DNA of 64,000 bases from Amphiscolops sp. MND2022 (lineage: Eukaryota): contig OZ076409.1 in NCBI GenBank assembly GCA_964187785.1, positions 29,264,001 to 29,328,000 of the forward strand, given 5' to 3'. Within the stretch, counting starts at the first letter, position 1; each line of letters opens with the position of its first letter. The notes beneath the pieces were generated by a model, which was not told where the DNA came from, made no database searches, and saw nothing but the letters and a program-made list of their open reading frames with translations. A program made the position numbers and the translations under genes. This document shows, piece by piece, positions 22,675-34,671 of the stretch.

Positions 22675-25600
22675 AAAAGCGTCCATTCTATGAGATAAAA
22701 GTGTTGCCTTTGCATTGACAATGGTCCTTATTATGGAGTTTTGACAGCATAATTTATTCAATTTGCATAACTATTGACTCAAATGTACTAGAGACTTGAA
22801 ATTCAACAAGGCGGATATTATCAACATTAGAATTGACCTGTGTTAAGGAAAATTATTGAAATGTTTGCTATCGGTACTCATTTGAATTGTGTTTTGCAAC
22901 CCTAAGGCATACGTTAAGAACAAGGCATATCTATACTTTTTCTTTCCATGAAGGATTTAGTCCCTTTGTGGGAAAGTTATCACGTACATTCTAAACAAAG
23001 GTGCCAACTTTTGCAGTAATGTTTGGTCAAACATGAAACATTAGCCAGAGAATGCAACTCCTATTACTGGCTGGACTCAACTCATTCTTCTATTTTGTCC
23101 ACTCAATCCTACAAGACTGACTAATGATACACTTCGTGTAAGCTGTCGCCGCCACTCTCGCAACACAGCAAAAGCAACGAACGGCTGATTCCCCGCTCGC
23201 GCAAAGAATAAAAGCAAACCATGCGCACAGTTAATTACGCACTGGGACCGCTGTCCATATTATAAAAGAACAATTTTACAAAATAATAAAAGCGATACAA
23301 AACAGGAAATCAAGGAAAAAGAATGAAAACTAATGCAATGACTATTAAATGTGAGTGATTATTTTTGATCAAAGTTATATTTTCTCTTCCTGCTGCTTTT
23401 TCTGTCGGATATCGAAATTCTTTTGACCAATTCAGGGCACCACTGTTTCAGATATTCAGCGTGCTGGTACATTTCTGAGTCAGAGTCCAATTTGAAACAC
23501 CACGTTTTGAAACTGTCGAAACCTCCCAGTCGAAACTGTGCACTCCAACGTTTCTTCGTCACTCCGGGTAAAAAATTATCAAATAACTGAACAATCAGTT
23601 TCTCATTACTGATATTGCAGCAATCCCATCCCGCTAAAATTGTTGTTGTTCCCATATCAAATGTTAACACGGAATGAGTCGTTAGATGGGGAACGTGAAT
23701 CAAATCCCCTGGACGCTGGACAGCAAATTGAATATACCAGCTGTCTTTTTCTCGCGCGGCGCTCTCTGCATGCGATGAATGAAGTCGAATGGCGTCTGTA
23801 GTGAACGTTCCAGTAAAACAGCCGCGTTTAACGAAGAATAGGAAAGGCACAAATCCTAATCCCGGTCAATAAATACGCGAATCCAGCTACGCGAATCCCT
23901 ACTTCTACGTGACCCGGAGAGAACCACGAACCGCGATAAACAAGAGCGGTACTTTCAGTGACTCGTTGTCGATAAAGCAGGCGGGGTCGATGCAATCATC
24001 GCATAGCACTGTATCAGATAAAGAATTGGGAAAAGCTAACGGTTTCGTATTCATATTTAGAACAGGATGACGAACATCTGTAATACCTCGTTCCCACGAT
24101 ACTCGTCCTAGTTCCAGGTAATTCCTTAACACACCTCGGAGACACGTCATGGAAGAAGGTAGAAAACATGCATCTTCAGGCGAAATTGCACTTAGGTCAA
24201 CATTGGAAAGCGAAGGAACACGTGATCAAAATGGGTGGATAATTTTAGTGTCAATTTCAATTTTTTCTACAGGTAAAAGCGGAAGTAAATTCGAATACTC
24301 AATCAAGACTGGACTGCTACAAGTCTCTAATGACACAGAAGTTGAAGGGGCACGGTAGGGCAGCTTAGAAACTGAATTGTCCATAGCACCAAACAATGTA
24401 TGTGAGCTAGTATATGTGAGTAGAGTAACGGTAATTATGACACACTTCAGCACGGATGACTACAGAGTGTGTGTCACATGCACATGCTATCTACGAGGAT
24501 AATTGGAAAGCAGCGGACCTGCGCGTTCTCCAAATTGAGGATGTGGATTTTTTTGTGTGTTAGCCAGGGAACGAACTATAACCGCCGCCAGCATGAAGTA
24601 ACGTCAGTTTTTGCGACTGCAGAACAAAATTTTGTAATGACTTTTGTACTACTACTATGTATTAAATTTTGACTTTCTAACTTCCCCCGAATGCACAATT
24701 TTCAACATATCGACGTGAAATGCGAGGCAGACACTCATCAAAGGTAGTTCTATCGATCGTTAGAGCCACTTTTGCTAATATATGAGAAAAGTCAACTATA
24801 AACTACTTTTTAGAGTTTATAAGTATCCTCCCATACCATATTTTCACATAATGGAATAAAGTTCACTGCAATACCTTGTAGTACAATTGCAACGACATGC
24901 AAGAAAGAGAATCATGACTTTCAGGGGAGCCTGATAGAAATTTCCTAAAAAAGGAAAGGTCAAACGAGGCGCTTGAATGAGAATTAATCACTCCACCTAA
25001 CCGGTGATGCTGCGAACTATAAACGACACGACGCTTGATGTTGAAATTGCAAATACGAGTAGTTGTTCGCACGCAAGCGTCGTCGGTTGATTAACTGATG
25101 AAGAAGGGATCTACAACGAAAGAAAACGCTGCTCACGTGATAACCCGAGTCATGAAAAGGAATTTTGAAGTAACGAGGGACTGATAGGCGGCGAGGGACC
25201 GACACGAATAAAAAAGAAACAGTTGTCGCGAAATGACTGGCTACGACTGAGACCGGTGAAATGAGGGACGCGAAAAAAAACTAAACGGGACAAGTGGAAC
25301 GAAACAGGCTAGAGTGTAGGCGCCTGAAACAAATCGCAGAGTGATATTGTGGAAATCTTGTACTTTTCTGACGACAACTTGCATCTTTTCTACAGATATC
25401 TGTTTTTGATACCAGTAAAACCTTATACTAAGTGTGAGTAAAGTGTTGTTTTCTAAACGCAAATTTATTATACCTACTGTTACTTCACCTACTTGTATAC
25501 CATTATTTACGTTGCAATTGAATTTTTCGACATTATAGTTTTAATTCGCGATCGGAGTTCTGTGAGGCCAATTTCAAGCCATTCGAGGGAACACTGAGGC

Positions 25601-25737
25601 ATATATTTTGCAGAAGAGTCCACCAAAAACCCTTTGATTAATTTTGTGGAGAGAATCGCTCTTTACCTCGAGAAAGACAAATTCCCAGGGTTGGTCAAAC
25701 GAAAGACGACCCATTCCGCTCACAGTGAAAGTCTACA
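22675..25737 (+). repeat. 5' LTR of element 2 (at least 3.06 kb; left end abuts the RLE fragment)
   Basis: Aligns by eye to 34867-38642 at roughly 85-90% identity; ends gaaagtctaca followed by gTGG PBS. Confidence 0.85.
23359..24384 (-). pseudogene. JmjC-domain 2OG/Fe(II) dioxygenase, antisense in the 5' LTR of element 2 (about 340 aa, disrupted)
   Basis: PLLFIAVRG..PGHVEVG..AGFAYLLTGI(R/K)I gives the HxE iron ligands (23903-23911) and the G-x-K strand. VQRPGDLIHVPHLTTHSVLT matches the JmjC QxPG(D/E)xx(F/Y)VPxxxxHxVxN motif, with the distal His about 78 codons after HxE. C-terminal RKRK. Confidence 0.75.
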
Positions 25738-25738
25738 G

Positions 25739-25756
25739 TGGCGCTCCTGGGTGGGC
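25739..25756 (+). promoter_or_regulatory. Primer-binding site of element 2 (tRNA-Asn)
   Basis: TGGCGCTCCTGGGTGGGC matches 16 of 18 nt of the tRNA-Asn 3' complement TGGCGTCCCTGGGTGGGC as recalled. Confidence 0.8.
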
Positions 25757-25768
25757 AATCTCAGTTTA

Positions 25769-27258
25769 ATGACGAATGAAAACACCCCATTACCTGAGGG
25801 TCTCTTATCCATTCCTGCGAATTTGAATCTTTCGCGCGTCACAGATCGACGTCACCGAAGAAACTCCTATCCAAATTTAGCTTCCTCGGCAGACTTCTGC
25901 CCAGCAGTTGAAGAACAGTTCACTAGGCTCTTTACAACACGGGGTGGTACTGACTTAAAGAATATCTCCATGGATAATCTGGAACGTGAGAATAGAGTTC
26001 GTGAACAACGCATGCGAGAATTGAGGAAACAGATTGAAGCAATGTCTGTGCAACTAGAAACACTGCATGCCTTGAAAGATGAATCCACCGAAAACTCTGT
26101 ACCTCAAAGAAAAGAAAAACCAGTTTTCAGCGGGGTTCCAGTCAGACCGGGACGGTTTCCGTCAAAAGGACTCAACCGTTGGGGTGTATGGGTGAAACAT
26201 TTCAAGTGTGTCGCACAAGCAAATAGCTGGACGAATATCCAGAGCATACAAGCGATCCCGGCGTTCCTTAAAGGCTGGGCCTTGGAAGATTATGGCACTG
26301 TCACAGCCAAAATCACCGACTACCTTCGAGGTTACTCTACACCGGCGTTGGAGGCCTTGCTGACCTTTTTGACACCTGGGATGCAACAACACTGTGATGA
26401 GAAAATCTTGCGAAGTGAATTTCGCTTCTTGGCAAAACTCGCAGACGAAAGTATTCAAGACTTTGCTCGATGGATCCGGATAGCAGCAGAGGGGGCCTTC
26501 GAGTCACTCCCAGATGAAGCCAGGACCATTCACATGAAGGAACAGCCCCTCGATGGTCTGCAGGACCATGAAATACAAACGAAGATGCTGGAGGACGAGA
26601 CGGATCAGGACTTCACAGAAATTGTTCAGAGAGCGCAGCGATTAGATGCCATAAAGATAACAGCAGCTAAGCATGATATGAAACGAAAAATGGCAGAGCA
26701 GCCAAAACCAAATGTCCGATTTCTGCACAGTCAGTCTTCTGAACGGCAAGACGTAACATATACAGATTCGCAAGCCATATGTCTTGTGGCGTTTTCAAGT
26801 GACCCGGTAGAAGATTTTTCTAACCTAAAAATTTCTGTGCAGACTGTTAGCAATCGACTCGACAAACTACATCAAACAATCTGTGGGCAGAACGTTCATC
26901 TTAGTCACTCTGTAGCACATGCGGTGGCATCTACCTTGAAGCCATCCAACGAAGCAATGATATCAGCAGTCAGCAGTTTGTCCGACACTCTGGGGCGGGC
27001 AGTAGTCGACTTATCCAGCAAAATTGCCTTTTGGAATGGGGGCGCGCCGCAGAGTCTGGGTGCGGGCGACCATCGGCAGCAGATGACTAGCTAGAGACAT
27101 GGAAGCCGAAACGCCGACGAACAACATCCAGGTAGTATACCACAGTCCAAGCGGGTGAGTGGAAATCTTCCTTTTTCCGAAGCCGAATGCTACTAATGTA
27201 GGAAAAAATGCCGCTTTGCTAGGGACTGTCCGCAACGAAATCAAAATCATTTAAACTA
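25769..27258 (+). pseudogene. gag: gag of element 2, with a decayed CCHC knuckle at about 27188-27230
   Basis: Long ORF with WGVWVKHFKCVAQANSW...AIPAFLKGWAL capsid-like motif and a coiled coil; CY*CRKKCRFARDC follows after a frameshift. Confidence 0.85.
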
Positions 27259-27259
27259 G

Positions 27260-30200
27260 TTTCGGCTGAGGCGACGAAAAACTGGTCGACCCCAGTCAAA
27301 ACTCCCATAAAAACGTTTCCGAGACCTCTTCCGAATCGTAAAGTTATGACCGAGGTGAAAAATTTTTGGAGCGCTGGAGGTTTCAAAGACGACTCATCGC
27401 TAAACCCCGGATCCGTTGAAATTTTTGAAAAAACTTCTGATAGCCAATAGTATTTGAAAAAGCATCAACTGGACAAGAGAACACGCTCGCTGCAGGCAAT
27501 GCAGGCGGTACTAGAGGAACAGCGGGCTAATGGGTCCGCATCACAATTGAAAATATGAAGTGCTGGGCAAAAATAGCGACAGGCGCAAGTCGTAGCGTTA
27601 TGAGTGAGTCTCTGTCGAAATTGATTGGCAACCCTATGCGTCGCGACGATAATGATTTGACAGACCAATTGGGAACAAAATGCTTGTTCAAGGAGTTATG
27701 CACGCCGAAGTACTGTTAGGCGGCTCTCTTAAAACTAAGAACGAATTTTTGATAGTTTCTGGACTCTCACCTGACTCATTTTTGGGTCTCCGTTTCTTGG
27801 TAGAGTATAATTGTGTGGTCGACACCATGCAAAAACAGCACGTCGTCAATTGCTCGTCTGAAACGTGCAAGCTAGACATGAAAAAAACTGATCGGAGAGA
27901 CTCTGTCGAGGTAGTAGTGTTTACTGAGTCTATTCACAAATCGTTAGCAATTATTGAAAACAAAAAAACAACCTGGTAGGGTCGAAAACTTTGATGAAAA
28001 TTGGGTTGACCAGACTGCCGGTGTTCAAAGGGTTTCTAACGACTTACCAGCACTAAGTCACGCTGAGTCACTTGAGGAAAATGAACCCCGTGACGAAGAT
28101 TCTACCATTGAGTATTCATTAAAAGACCATGAGTTGGACCATGACGGATGTTTGATTATGGACGAGTAGACCTCAAAACATGGTCAAAAGTCCTCTGAGC
28201 CCAACTTTAGGGAAGAAGTGGGGGAGATTTTGAATTTAACTGCTCCGCGACTGACTAAACAGAGTACCAGAGGAAAACTGATGAGACTAGTCGAGAGATT
28301 TCTTGACGCTTTCGCGCTAGAAAAATACCATTTAGGATGCACAACCCCGGCTGAGCTTAAAATTCAAACTGGTGAAAGCCGTCCAATAAAAAAGCTGCTC
28401 ACAAAGTGGCCTCCGCCAAAATCATCGAGATTAGAAAAGAACCAGAATAAATGCTAGAAAAAGGGGTAATTGTACCATGTGAAAGTCCTTATAGTTCCCA
28501 CATCGTGATGGTCGGTATAAAGGGTGGTTCGAACCGAATGTGCATAAAATTCTGAGCACTGAACGAAGTAACGGTAAAAGATGCTTATCCAATTTCTCGA
28601 ATTGAACTGAGTCTGGATACCTTAGAGGGGGCTTCTGTTTTTTCATCATTATATCTAGCGTCTGGTTACTGGCAAGTTCAAAAAGCACCAAGTGACCGTC
28701 ACAAAACAGCCGTGTATCTCCAGATGGAGGGCTCTATGAGTTTGTCGAAATGCCTTTCGGCATCTGTAACGCGCCAGCACCATTCCGAAGGTTGATGGAC
28801 AACCAGGTTGATAAACGCTGACAGCATGACATTCAGGATGATCCAGAAGTTGCAAGAGTTTAATTTTACAATCGTGGATCGTCCAGGAAACAAACATGTC
28901 AACGCTGACGGACTTTCCAGACGCGAAGAAGACATTCCGGAATGGCAAAAAGAAGCGAAAGAAGCTCTAAGAGGCCAGACGCCAGAAGTCCTCCCACTGG
29001 AACTTGCTCTGGAGGAATCAGAAAGGAAATTAGCGAACACCTGCAACGTAGTCCGGACGAGAGACGCAAACCATCAAGGAGGATATTTAACATCTCAAAT
29101 AGGGAGGATATTGGATTGTCAAGGCGCTGTTGCCCTCTGTGTACCTCCCGACCTTTAAACAGAAGACACCGTGACCTCGTTGTTCCGAGTGAAATTCCCA
29201 ACTCTCCTTTCCATTCCTCCATCGAAAAGAGAGGTAGGCAATATTATGGTGTTTTCTCATCCTGTACAGGCACGGTTTGCGTTTTACCTGTTAACGAAAT
29301 ATCAACATAGCGAAGCCTTGAAACAACGAATGGTTTTCTCCTGTCTGGAAAAATTGAAATGACATACGAGAATTATGGGGGTGCCAGTCGTACACATTGC
29401 CAGCCCGAATTTGGGACGAGGTCCGAAGAAAAGAAAATATTCGAACAATCCGTTGTTCAAGTTTTCCGTGCTAGCAATCTGAACGTCAATATTGTCGTCA
29501 ACGATGAAACAGCGTTACACCAAGACAAGCTGAACGTGACGACTACCGCAACTCAAGCAGTAGACGTTGACTGCCAATTTTCCTGGAAAAGAAACAAAGC
29601 TAAGATCGAAGACTATCAGCTGAAAGACCACTCATTCGGACTGCTTTTGAAACAACTGGAACATCTGAGTTCTCCGTTTGAACCGAGGTACAATAACCTT
29701 GGCGCTAATCAGATCAGACGTGAAGAAGCACTGAAGTACGGTGTGGAGTTTGTTGGCTTTAGGAGTCAAGGGGAGCAGCTCGGCATTAGTAATGGAGTGT
29801 TGCATCGAAAATGGAAACCAAAGTATAGCCATCCTGAGTTTTGGCAGGTTGTTGTACCAAAGGCGCTACGACAAGTACTTCTACAACACCTTCACTGTTC
29901 TGAGGTAAGTGAAGAACACTTTGTAGTGGAGAAGACACTACTCAGGATCAAGCAATGGTTTCGGTGGCCTACAGTGGATCGAACGCGGAAAAAACCATTC
30001 TTGCGTGTGGCCCTTGTGCAGCGAAAGCTACTGGAGGCAAACAGAGAAAAGCTAATTAACACAGTTTTGCTGTGACGTCCAGATTTTCCGTTATCGCACC
30101 GGATAATTTGGGCCCGGTCACGACCGAAGGCAGCTCGAAAGCCAAACACACACTGGTGAGGACGGATATGTTTACAAAGTATGTGGTAACTACATCCGTG

Positions 30201-31503
30201 ATCAACACAGTGTCCCCGACTCTAGCGCAAGCGATTGTGGAAACATGAATCTTCCGTTTCGGGGTAACAGACACCTTGCACGCCGACCATGGTACTAACA
30301 TCAATAGGCTGTTGATCAAAGAGCTGTGTAAGCTTCTCAAAAGTGACAAATCGCGCACCACTGCCTATCACCCAGAAGGTAACAGACATGTCGAAATATT
30401 CAACAGGGTCCTTGTGGAAACCACTTCGAAGTACTGTGCCAGGAATCCCCGTGACTGGGATACAGTTCTTCCATTCATTACGTTCGTGTATAACACTTCT
30501 GTTCATCGAACTACAGGGGCGACCCCCTTCACTCCTACCTAGGGCCAAGAATGTCAGTAACCAATCGACTTGTTCTATCCGAAACCACCAAAAGAAAGAG
30601 ACAGCGTACAATTTATCGAGTGGTTAGACACCACATTCCGTGAGATTCAATTTTATGTCCGATAAACATTGGGGATTATCAGAGAAACGTGCCAAAGATT
30701 ACTATCACCGGAGAGTCTATGGTGACCCCTTTAAATCAGGGGACCTAGTATGGCTTTTCTCTCCTGACTAAGCAAAGTCGAGAAAAATTTTTCTACCATG
30801 AGAAGAACCCTTTAAGGCGCTGGACCATGTGAATTAAGTGAAATACAAAGTTGCAAACATTGGCTGCCCTGAGAGATGGCAGCTAGTCCATTTCATTCGG
30901 TTAAAACCATTCCATGCGTCCATTGAGAAACGGCAGTCACAACGAGTAAAAAAACAAATCAGCGTTCCAGTTGACGTTGAACTTCAGACTGAGGACGAAT
31001 TTTGTGAAGATGCATGGTACCAACCCATGCATCCAGCTCTAATTTCGCCCGAAGCAAGCCCTTCATATCGAACAGGCGAAGACCAGCGAATTAATTCCCT
31101 CTCAATCGCAAATACAGCCGAAATTGCGTTACCTAACGACAATGAGTCAACCTCCAATCCGTTTAGTGGAGAGTCCGCCCCCTTCTCCTAATCGCGTTCT
31201 CTTCGAACCAGTGAAACGAGCCAATTAGATGAGACAAACGAGGTTGCTCAAGATGCAATTGATGGGGTGTCCGCTGAGCATTCGCAGCACTGCGGAGAGT
31301 ATCACATTCATCAGCCGATGGATATCGAAATTCCTGAAGAGGACGAAACCGATGTACTCTTTGCTCCCGAATACGAAGAGATTGACGAGTCAGTGGTGAC
31401 AACGAATGCTCCGCCTCAGGACAACAACACCGTTCAACGATCACAACGCACACACAAACCTCCGACACGATTCGGACTCGACGAGTTTGTGCTGTCTAAA
31501 TAG
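27260..31503 (+). pseudogene. pol: Decayed pol of element 2; RT core and most of RNase H deleted at about 28800
   Basis: RT N-part (KDAYPISRI...GYWQVQK...MPFGICNAPAPFRRLMD) jumps to the RNase H end (MIQKLQEFNFTIVDRPGNKHVNADGLSRR). Integrase motifs LHCSEVSEEHF, HADHGTN, TTAYHPEGNRHVE. Confidence 0.88.
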
Positions 31504-31792
31504 TATTGTTCATGAACATATCAGGTGAGGAGCCCTGATTGGTCTGATAAACAAGACTCCTTGACAATTTCTCCGACGCAATCTGATTTATAGCGTGAGT
31601 CACGACACTCGTCGCCAAATCAAAATTGCGAACGCAGCCGCTACCTAAGTGAAAACAAACAAAATCAGTTGAAAGATAACTGATTCAAAACTGGTCGACA
31701 TCGTTTCAGTAACTTAAAGAAATCTTAATATCCTTTTTCTTCGATGATTTTAAATAAAAGGAGAAAAAAAACAAAAAACAACAAACATCTCC

Positions 31793-33809
31793 ATGAAAAT
31801 TACTTGGGTTTGGTTTTTGTGCTGTTTTGTTATTGCTACATCTGACAATGAAGAAGAAACCGAAGTAGACCCCTGGGACTTCCGTGGGGAAGAGAAGTTC
31901 AATTGTTACGCGTCATGCCAATTGAACTCATGCGATTGCTGGTGCAGCTTTCACGTCCGAACCAACTGTGACCTTGATGAGTATAACTAAGACCGTCTGG
32001 ACATATATCTTGTTCCCTTAACCTCCGGACTTGGAAGAAAAGGTCTTGTAGGGAAGCAGAAATCCAACAATTGATGGAGAAAGGTATTTTTGAAAGTCTG
32101 GGTGAAGTTTTTACAAGTCAGAAATGGTTTTTCGAAGAACTTAAGTCTGTCAAGGAAAGTATCACCGTATTTTTGAATCAAACAGTGAAAAGAATACCCG
32201 AAGTTAAAACGGACCGCTATCGCCGATGGGTAGGTACGCTAGCGCTAGCAGCTGCAGCATTAGGAGGGGAACTGTCAAGAATATTCTTGCGTCCGGTAAC
32301 TGCGGTAACTGACGAAATTCCTTGTTTTTTTGGACAGTATGGTCCTGTTTGGATCTCTCTGTCGATCTGAACAACAAAAACTTATTAAAAAACTAGCAGG
32401 ACAAGTAAGAAAGCGAGTAAAAAAACTGCAAGACGAAGTGAAAAGACTTAACGAAGACGACTTAGACACACTGCTCGTTCGCCCTAATAAAAACCTAGGC
32501 AATTGGAGAAGCCCGTCGTTAGGTTCGGAACTGGTTGCTAATTACGAGCTCTTGAACATAACAATGAAACGAATGATCAACGAAATTGAAACTATTTACA
32601 CTCAAAGTCTTTGTAGTTTCCGCCAACGGGACAAATTGCTGCGCCAAAGGTTCCGGTATACACTGATAATGAATGATGTAACATCGAATTATCGCCGCAT
32701 CGTTGCAGAGCTTGACCAGCGGCGAATTTCATTAGCGACATTGAAATCCCTCTTGATTGATGCGATGTCTTCGCTAGGTCACGGTTACATCCCAATATTT
32801 TTACTACCTCCGGAAAATTTTGTTAAAATTTTGGATGAAGTAGACAAAGGTGTTTTCACAGAAGCTATTCCTCGATTACATTTAGCAGCGTATTATACTT
32901 TTGAGCTGGTTAAGGACGCATACGTTTCGGAAAATACCCTATATCTTTTAATCGAGGTTCCTTTGTATGCGACTAATGGTTTCATAGAGTTTTTAGAGCT
33001 ACTGCGATTTCTCAACCAATTAAAGGTACTCAAAGGGCTACTGTCTACAAAGTGGAGAAAGCACACCTACTTGTGTCGTGGGAGAAGTCGAACTTTGCCG
33101 AAGTTCTCGAAGAGCAGCTCAGCACCCATTGCCGCGGGTCGCAACGCCTCAGACTCTGCAAGCAGCCTTTTGCAACCAGTCGTTCTCAGAAGACAACTTG
33201 CCTGACCGGTTTATATTTCAACTTACCTTCAACAGTCTTGAAGTTCTGCCCTCAGAAAGTACCACTTCCCCAGCACCATCAAGCCCTTTACATGTTTGAC
33301 TCTACTTACCTTTTGACCTCAGCTAAAGGTGATTTCCTCATGCAAATGATGGCGCCCCAAGGCGATGAAGGTAGGCAAGGATGACAAAGCTGTCTGGTCC
33401 ACAAACCGTGTAACGGCTGCATACAGTTGCCGAATAAAGGACTCTTCACTCCAGATCCGCTTGCTTGTGGTCCCGTGAGCCAGCAGGTAGTGCAAATTTT
33501 ACCGACATCATTGCTACAACCTTTGTTTGAAAGACTAGAAGAAATCAAGGAAACCATTCCTGAGCAAATCATAGCGGAGATCCACCAGCGTCTACTAGGG
33601 CATCTGAAAAGAACCTCGCGCCTCGCGGGGTTTCCGGACCGGGCCAGAACAGACACTATGCTGATGACAGTGTTACACCCATTTGTGGAAGAAGTTAAAA
33701 GCGAACACAAGCGGGGGTCCTCAAGCAAACAACTCTTATTTTCCTCTTTGTTGTGGTAATCACTACTATCATGATAGTTTATGTGTGTGCTGCAAGACAA
33801 CCAGAATAG
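31793..33809 (+). pseudogene. env: env-like class I fusion glycoprotein (baculovirus F / errantivirus Env type), frameshifted
   Basis: Signal peptide MKITWVWFLCCFVIATS; Cys-rich N-terminus; furin-like RYRR (32215-32226) followed by the hydrophobic peptide WVGTLALAAAALGG; heptad-rich helices; GYIPIFLLPP and LLIEVPL; Cys-rich C-half; TM segment LIFLFVVVITTIMIVYVC at about 33735-33788. Confidence 0.8.
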
Positions 33810-34135
33810 TTACACTCCTCAGAAAGCTGTATCGCCAAAAAAAACGAAACTCCTACAACGCCTGCAGACAATGTGGACGACAACATCTACTCCAGTTTGA
33901 AGCCAAAAGAAACCCGAAGAACGTACATTCCCTTGTTGGCTACAACATCTGCAACTCCAGCCCAGTAAACAAAAAAGTCCTTTTAGAGTTTTTTAAAGGT
34001 ATTTTCAAGAATATGGTTTTTTTAACTGTCGGTAGTGAATAAAACGAATGATTGTTTTTTAACGGACGTTTGAGGCTTTTCGAGAATTTTTGTCAGAAAA
34101 AAACATTTCTAATGTTCTGGCATTAACAGATACAA

Positions 34136-34671
34136 CATGTTGCCAGTCCCTTTTCAAATGTTGCGTCAGAGAATCAACACAGCAGTCCCAAATAACCTCG
34201 ACAGTGTAATGGTGAATGGGCCGTTTGCCAATTGGATCATACTACCCATAAGATTGCAGCTGGATAGCCTGGGCACTCGGTTCACCTTACACCTTGCACG
34301 CTCCCACTAATACCAATTGCATAGAGGTTCACATCGAGTTCCTGAATATTACAGAAGGCATTTGGTACCCAAGACAATGGCTAATAAGACGCCACAGTTG
34401 TTTCATGTTCTACATGCTAATGGAAGCAGTACTCTCTGCAGCTCTGACAACCCCAGATAGGGCTTCACTGATGGTGGAGTTTTGCCGATACTTGTGCCTT
34501 GCCCTACCCCATGCCCCCATGCAGCCACACTTTGATCCTTATGGTCAACAATTTCCCTTGTACCAACTACTGATGCGACACAATAACCCTGCGGTGATCC
34601 GGCCCACACCACTCTACCCCGTGAACTTCAGCTGCAACACAACTTCCAACACTGAAGCTTCCCAGCCTTAG
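34136..34671 (+). pseudogene. Unknown accessory ORF (about 178 aa, one frameshift) between env and the 3' LTR
   Basis: MLPVPFQMLRQRINTAVPNN... joins ORF 34294-34671 through one frameshift; no motif recognised. Confidence 0.35.

Noticed and set aside
23359-23760. Purifying selection on JmjC inferred from the two LTR copies
   Set aside because: A rough hand count gave about 7 synonymous vs about 15 non-synonymous changes, too close to neutral expectation to claim; many copies are needed.
25634-25768. Gag of element 2 starting inside the LTR, as in element 1
   Set aside because: The upstream extension starts at TTG, has no ATG and is short; probably a chance open frame.
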